The translations under genes were made by a program, and so were the position numbers. Positions 39,715-64,000 of a stretch of DNA of 64,000 bases are shown piece by piece (the stretch's first letter is position 1; each line of letters starts with the position of its first letter). The DNA lies in the NCBI RefSeq assembly GCF_018977255.1, contig NW_024704742.1, forward strand, positions 133,922,001-133,986,000, written 5' to 3'. The notes below the pieces were generated by a model. The model was not told the DNA's origin and searched no databases. It saw only the letters and a program-made list of their open reading frames with translations. Source of the DNA: Callorhinchus milii. Lineage: Eukaryota.

Positions 39715-40085
39715 GGTTGGTATCGCTCTTGCCCCTGAGTCAGAAGGTTATGGGTTCAAGCCCCCATGTTGAGACTTTAAACTCACGTTGTCTGTAGGCT
39801 GATACCCCAGTGCAATGCTGGGGATGGGTTCATTTTCGAAGGTGCCATCCTTTGGTTGGGACTTTAAACTTGAGGTCCCATCTGCCCATTCAGGTGGTCA
39901 TTAAAGATCCCCACAGCACTGTTTGAAAGGAGAAGGGAGTTGCTCGCAGTGTCCTGGCCAACAATCCCCCAAATAAAATTGATTGCTGACTTCATGCCTG
40001 TTTACAGGACATTGCTGTGTGCAAATTGGCTGCCGCATTCGCCTACAAGTACACAGTCACTATAGTTTGCAGTGAATCTTATGAA
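39715..40085 (+). mobile_element. Deu-domain-type SINE (AmnSINE1/SacSINE1-like core)
   Basis: tRNA-like head (gggttcaagcccc B box), core ggtgccatcctt...gaggtcc...attaaagatccc...gtgtcctggccaa recognised from memory as the Deu domain, and the shared 3' body. Confidence 0.8.
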
Positions 40086-40799
40086 GATCAGGTTCGATTC
40101 CCTTAGGCAAGTTTCCTTACTCCACATTCTTTACCTCTGTTACCGCAATAAGTAGGAAATCAGTGTTAGTCGCTTGGCGGATTGATTGAGGGGGACAAAC
40201 GAGGAGATGAGGAGAATTTTGAAGACTTGTGGGATGTTAAGATGTGGAGTCCATTTTCCCAGGATACACAGGCAGAATCAATAATGCTTTCACAAAAAAA
40301 ATGTAGTCATTCAATCTATGACTGTTTATGGGCAGACATTGCTGTGCGCAATTAGCTGCCCCATTTTGCCCACAAAATTTACAGTCAATTCACTTGACAG
40401 TATATTCTGTGAAGTGCTTTGAGATGTCTCAATGAGGTGATAAGGTGATTAAATGCAAGGGTTATTATTATTATTATTATTATTATTAAGGGTTTCGAGA
40501 CATCCTCCAGGCATGAAAGGGGATAGGTCATTTTTTGACCAAATTAAAAAAAGGACGGAAAATGAAGGGCAATGAACGCTGAGCTGTTACCAGTTCATTG
40601 CTCCCAATTTTGAATTCAACCTCAGTCAACTTCAGAAAGACAATCACTGAATACTTTAACAGGACCTCGAACCTTGAGCCTCTGAGCTCATGTTTTTCAA
40701 TCACTTAAATGTTTTAAAAGCAGTTGGTGAAAACCCTCCAAAAAAAACAAAACTTGTTTGAAAATATGACTTTGGAAAGTGTCATTTTTCTCTAGCATT

Positions 40800-41140
40800 G
40801 TACTAAGATGATACCAGGGATGAGACATCTCACCAGATAGCAGAGACTAGAGGAACTGGGCCTGTTTACTTTGGAATGGAGTAAGCTGAGGGGAAACCTA
40901 ATAGACGTCTTTAAAGGGGTTCTGAGAGGTTCTGTTAGAGGCCATAGGGAGAAATTATTTCCACTGGCCGGTGAGCGGAGACCAGAGTGAATCGATTTCA
41001 GATCGTTTGCAAGGGGACAAACGAGGAGATGAGGAGGATTTTGAAGACTTCTGGGATGTTAAGATGTGGAGTCCATTTTCCCAGGACACACAGCCAGAAT
41101 CAATTGGGATACTTGGAGATACTTGGAAGTAAGGGTATTA
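40800..41140 (+). mobile_element. Degraded CR1 3' fragment
   Basis: actaagatgataccagggatgaga...ctgaggggaaacctaatagacgtcttt resembles the CR1 at 28702-29300. Confidence 0.75.
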
Positions 41141-41515
41141 AAATAATAATAATCCTTGCATTTGATATCACACCTTATCACGTGGTTGAGACATCTCAAA
41201 ATGTTTCACAGGTTATACCATAAAGTGAATTGACTGTATATTTTTGTGAGTGAAACACGGCAGCCAATTGCGCACAGCAGTGTTCCACAAACAGTCGTAG
41301 ATTGAGTGACCAAATTATCATTATTTATTTATTTCGCGAAGGGATTATTATTCCTGGAAAGGGATCCACCAATCGATTAACAACCAGGTTCCTACTTACT
41401 GCCAGGTGAACAGAAGTGCGGTAAGGTTTCAACTTGCCCAGGAATCTAACCTGGAAACCTGGATCCTCTCGCTTGAGAGGCGAATGCTCTAAACAATACA
41501 CTGCAGGACTCCACA
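41140..41515 (-). mobile_element. tRNA-headed SINE, long form
   Basis: (AAT)n tail through to caggactccac head; a similar copy lies at ~41760-42062. Confidence 0.85.
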
Positions 41516-43054
41516 AGGGGAATGGAGAAAAGGTAGGGAGTTTGATTACAAGCTCTGGTAAGATCTAATAAACAGTTATAACAGGCTGGTAGGCTAAAGG
41601 CCTTCTCTTGTTTCCAAGTAAGACAAGTCGTACGATGGATAGTAAGATACCAAGTGTGGTTTAACTAATAATAAATAATAATAATCTTTACATTTAACAC
41701 AATCTTTACATTCCACATCAGGAGGATCCTCAAAGCATTTCACAGGAAATATGAAGTATCACCAGAATATACTGTAAATTGAATTGACTATATATTTTGT
41801 GCGTGAAATATGGCAGCCAATTGCGCACAGCAGTGTCCCACTAATAGTTGTGGATTGAGTGATCAATTTATTATTTTTTTTAAGCAATTATTACCCCTGG
41901 AAAAGTGATCCGCCAGTCGACTAATAACCGGGTTCTTCTTACTGCTAAGTAAACAGAGGTGTGCGGAGTAAGGAAACTTGACTAACATTTTGCCCTGCCG
42001 GGGAACGAACCCAGATCTCTCGCTTTGCGAGACGCTCTAACCACTGAGCTACAGAACTCCAAGACAGCTTTGAGATATTTCAAAGACGTGATAAGTGGCT
42101 ATATCAAATGTAAGGAATATTATTATATAAAATGCTTTGACCGATGATTCAAAGTGAAAAAGTAATAGTAATATAATAATAGTAATAAAGTAATAGAGTG
42201 ATAGTAATATAGTAAAAGTCATACAGTAATAGTAATCACAATAATCCTTGCGTATGATATTGTGCCTTATTGCATTATCGAGGATTTAACTGTGAAGTGT
42301 AGTGACTTTGCATTGTGTAGGTGAACACGGCAGCCAATTTGCACACAGCAATATCATGCAAGCGGCCTTAAAATTAATGACCAGTTCTATTTTGGGGCAG
42401 TGGGAGGGGGGGTGAATTTGTCGGTCAGGATCCACAAAACTCCCTTCTCTTTTCAAATGATCTTTAACGTCCACCTGAACAGGCACAGACGGGTCCTCAG
42501 TTTGACGTCTCATCCGAATGACATTGAGACCGGTCTGTCTGTTCAATAGTTTGAAGTCCCACAGCTACGAACAGCTACTCGCTGTGATATTTACATTTGT
42601 TAATCCTCAGCCCGTCAGATCCTGAGTCTCGGAGCCTGAGTAGCAGAGGTTACAAGGATCCGTCTGGAAAAACCTAGGAACCCCGTCATGTCTGTGAGCA
42701 GCGGCATATATAACAGACAAAAAAACTGTCCTTAAATAAACTATCAAACATGATTTCAATCCGTTTACCTTTGATATTCAATTCCGCGCTCGCACATAAT
42801 TGATTAGTTTCTCAAGTAACCTGATACTGTTATTGCATTGTGTGTGTGTTTTTAAAAGAAAAAGCGGTTAAAAGCGCCAGAATTCCTTGAGAAGAATTTT
42901 GAATACAAAGGTTCAGGATTAAGTGTCTTTTGGAAGGAAGTTATATCTAGTTTTCCCATGCTTGGAGTTTATATTTAAATTTTCAACGCAAATAAGCGAA
43001 CACGATAACATTTTATACAATTTCCAACAATTGAGGGACACACAAAATGCATGG

Positions 43055-43278
43055 CTAATAATAATCCCTCCAAAAAACAAAACAATAATAAATTGGTCAT
43101 TTTCAATCCACGACTGTTTGTGGGACACTGCTGTGCGCAATTGGCTGCCGCATTTTGCCCACAAATATACAGTCACGTTCACTTTACAGCATATTCTATG
43201 AAGCACTTTGAGACGTCGAGAAGACATGAAAAGCGCTATATCAAATGCAAGGATTATTATTATTATTATTATTATTAC
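43055..43278 (+). mobile_element. 5'-truncated short-form SINE, young
   Basis: aataataatccctccaaaaaacaaaac... to a long (ATT)n. Confidence 0.88.
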
Positions 43279-43445
43279 AAGTGCTTTGAGATGTGGTTCC
43301 TCATATAAAAAACATAATTTCTCCAATGTACTGTGTGCTCTGAGCTGTTGCTGTGTACTATAAGTGCTTAAGGAACTGAAGCCAGATAACAGGACTGCAC
43401 CAAACCCTGATGCTCTTGGGAAACGTCCACATATAAATGTTAATA

Positions 43446-43550
43446 CAGTAAACCTCAAAAAGTCGTATTAGTTGTGACTGTACATTTAATATGACTTATT
43501 CATAGAATGAGTTATGTGAACCATAGGAAATTCAATGGGCAGATGTGTGG
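43446..43550. mobile_element. Truncated copy of the TA-flanked CAGTAAA MITE
   Basis: ta|cagtaaacctcaaaaagtcgtattagttgtgactgtacatttaatatgactt matches 62253 onward. Confidence 0.7.
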
Positions 43551-44029
43551 CTTGGGACATCCTCCAGACATGAAAGGCATTACATAAATGTAAATTTGTG
43601 TTGTAAATTTGTATTACATTTGATATCGTGCCAGGAGGACGTTTCAAAGTGCTTCACAGAATATATTTTACCATGCAGTGTTTATTTTGTCGGCGATGCT
43701 GCAGTTGATTTGCACCCAGCAATCTCCTCATGAAATTAATGATCTATTTTATCTGTGGGATTGTTGGCCAGGACGCTGGGAGAAACTCCCTTCTCTTTTT
43801 GAATAGTGCAGCTGGATTCTTATCTGAAGAACAGCACCTCTTGATAATGCAGTGCTCCCCAGTATTACAGTGTCAGGCTAGACTTGTGAGATCAAAGTCC
43901 TGATGTGGGCTATGAATCATCTGACTTGGCGTGAGAGTGCTTCTCACTCTCTATTCTGAATGAACATACAATGCACAAGGCATCTTATGAGGTTTAAGGT
44001 TACAGCTGCCTTTGCACATGGGGTACTGA

Positions 44030-61597
<17,568 letters not shown>

Positions 61598-62560
61598 AAT
61601 TTACCACACTTTACCAAAACTGAACCGCCAGTCCTTTCCACTAGGATCGGGCTCTAGAGATGGGACCAGTGAGGATGTGAGATATATTGCACTGCTGATG
61701 TAGAATTTTATTTCTTTGTCAGTCTCTTTTTTTAAAAAAGTATATACTTTATCAAACGTAATATTTGAGATAAATCCTAGAGTCTTAAGAGAGTCCTGTC
61801 ACAACACAATTTTAAAAAGGTCATTTTTCTGAGTGAAAGTGTGTAGTACTGAGAGCTGTTGTTTCCACATTCCGCATTGAGTGTGTGTGTGTGTGTGTGT
61901 GTTGGGTGGTGGGGGAGAGAGCAGGAGGAGATACGAAGGGGATTAAGGGTTCATATGCATATTTTGTCCTTCGATAATAATGCGTCATAATAATTTGTTT
62001 CCACTGGGAAATCTTTCAAAATGTCCGTTGTTTATTCACTCCTCTGTGTTTAGAAATTGTCACCTTTGTTTCGTTTCATAAATGGATAGAAAGCCTTCAT
62101 GTTTCTCAAAGTCTTTTTGCCCCAGAAAAACATTGTCTTAAAATTCAACAGGATTTTGCGAATGTCTCTGATTCAACAACATCAGCTTGCGATTATACAG
62201 CTCTCTTCATATCTTGGAGAACCGAAAGTACTTTGGCAGTGTTTCTATAGTACAGTAAATCTCACATAAGTCATATCAGTTGGGACCATACTTTTCATTC
62301 GACTTATGCAAAGTATGAGTTATGTGAAACTTATAAATAATTGGAAATTAACGTTGGGCATATGCACCTCTTGAGTGATAATGTACAACTTACACAGATC
62401 TCAGATTTACACAGCTTTCCTGTATCTGTATCCTTTTGTTGGTGAGGTGCTCTTCCTTCTCAGTCCCATTTGACTGTAGTCGAAGGGACAACCGCAAAGC
62501 AGTAACTCTGCTTTCTCTTTTAGGTGCTTTTTGTACATTTCCAAAACTGTTGCTTTTGTA
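61598..62560 (+). other. Probable proximal 3' UTR of CCBE1 (3' end undetermined)
   Basis: AT-rich, mostly unique sequence after the stop; contains (TG)n at ~61881-61901 and a MITE; I saw no canonical AATAAA in this span. Confidence 0.55.
62253..62422. mobile_element. Second copy of the same MITE, opposite orientation
   Basis: ta|cagtaaatctcacataagtcatatcagttgggaccatac... is the reverse complement of 61260-61336; ends cagatttacacagctttcctg|ta. Confidence 0.82.
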
Positions 62561-62789
62561 GACTTCGAAGGGATCAACAGCCAGGGAAAACTAATGATGA
62601 TAATAATAGTCTTTGCATTTGATATAGCACCTTATCACGTCGTCGAGATGTGCAGTAACCACCCAGCACCTAATACAACATAGTCCAAAAAGGTTGAGGT
62701 TCTTTTATACCAATTCGTAAAGGTTCATAAACCAACATCTACAACTTGCTTCAGCGTCCTTCACATAGGATAATGTCTCTGAGCGCTGC

Positions 62790-63125
62790 AATTAGCGGGT
62801 AGTGTGGTTAGAGCACTCACTTCGTGAGCATGAGGGCCTGGGTTTGATTCCCAGGGCGAAATGTTGGCCAAGTTTCGTTTTTCCACATGTCGCTGTTTAC
62901 CTACCAGTAAGTAGGAACCCAATTGTTAGTGGATTGTTGGAACACTCTTCTGGGGGAAATAATCTATTCAAAACACAAATAAATAATAATAATTTGGTCA
63001 CTGCTGTGTGCAATTGTTTCGCCAACAAAATACACAAATTCACTTTACAGTATATTTTGTGAGGTGCTTTGAGATGTCTCGAAGACTTGATAAGGCGCTA
63101 TATCAAATGTAAGGATTATTATTTT
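62790..63125 (+). mobile_element. tRNA-headed SINE, long form
   Basis: gtggttagagcactc...gggtttgattccc head, body and tail. Confidence 0.82.
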
Positions 63126-63799
63126 TATGATTGTACACTGAGCAAGGGAGAAGGGAGAGGGGAGGGGGTATGGTGCCCATAGGCGTGTTGAAGAGGTAGG
63201 TTTTCAGGTGAAGATAGGTAAGTGGGTGGGGAAGAGAGGCAGGGTGTTCCAGAGGTTCTGGGCATCGTGGCTGAAGACACAGACACTGATGGTGGTCGGT
63301 GGGGATCCAAAGGTATGCTTGCCATCTGACACCATAACACACATATATACGCACGCACAATCCTTTGGGCCTCATAGAATCCTTTAAGGGTCATGTCGCT
63401 TGACAAACCTGATGATTTCCGCCTTGAAATTTTTACAAACATCTTTTTTTCATTGGGACAATACCCGATGCTGATCTGTTGCATAACCCAAATCCAGATG
63501 TCAGCAATTTCGTCAGAAATTTGTATCGGTATCTATTGGCTGCTTTTTGCATCAGCCTCCAAAGATTACAATGATCATTGCTGCGTCTGAACCATAAAGG
63601 AGTCCAGAATTAAATTAAAGAATGGATATCCTGGCACATTCCCCCACACTGCCTCCCCCAACCCTGCCAATCTGTGCTAGTTAGTGACCTCAGCAATACT
63701 AATAGTGAAACAATTAGGAAGATAGGAATAGGGGAAGGCCAGGAGTGGGGATGAAGGTAGTGCAGTTGATGCAGTTCATAGCGATTTTCAATAAGGATT

Positions 63800-64000
63800 A
63801 TTAAAGGGATAGTGGCAGCATGGATACAGGACTGGCTGGGTGACAGAAAGCAGAGTGGTGGTGAACAGTTATTTTTCTGACTGGAGGGAAGTGTGCAATG
63901 GTGTCCCCCAGGGGTCAGTATTGGGGACACTGATGTTTTTGATCTATATAAATGACCTGAACTTGGGTATAGGGAGTACAATTTCCAAGTTTGCAGATGA
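63800..64000 (+). mobile_element. CR1-clade LINE RT fragment running off the window
   Basis: WIQDWLGDRKQ (frameshift) ...[20 protein letters not shown]...ISKFAD. Confidence 0.9.

Noticed and set aside
62978..62983. AATAAA as the CCBE1 poly(A) signal (also ATTAAA at 63609 and 63614)
   Set aside because: It lies in an A-rich SINE segment and cannot be assigned without 3'-end sequencing.

Overview
Vertebrate genomic DNA, not prokaryotic. The repeat landscape (Deu-domain SINEs, tRNA-headed SINEs ending in (ATT)n, L2 and CR1 LINEs) suggests a cartilaginous fish, possibly a holocephalan; this is inference. The only host gene found is CCBE1 (collagen and calcium-binding EGF domain protein 1) on the + strand. 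It has nine coding exons, numbered 3-11 from my recollection of the human gene, between 44062 and the TGA at 61595-61597, all with canonical AG/GT sites. Positions 1-44061 look like the distal part of a very large upstream intron; exons 1-2 were not found. Main anomaly: exon 7 is 123 nt where 3n+1 is needed. An apparent 1-nt deletion near 53072 shifts the frame just before the collagen domain and gives a premature TAA at 54945-54947. An assembly error is the most likely cause, but it is worth checking. Other notable structures: a perfect 31-bp-stem hairpin (25850-25928), two oppositely oriented TA-flanked MITEs bracketing the last coding exon, a candidate 34-nt cassette exon, a covarying 3' stem-loop shared by SINEs and L2s, and short local duplications. 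Repeat boundaries are approximate and only representative repeat copies are listed.
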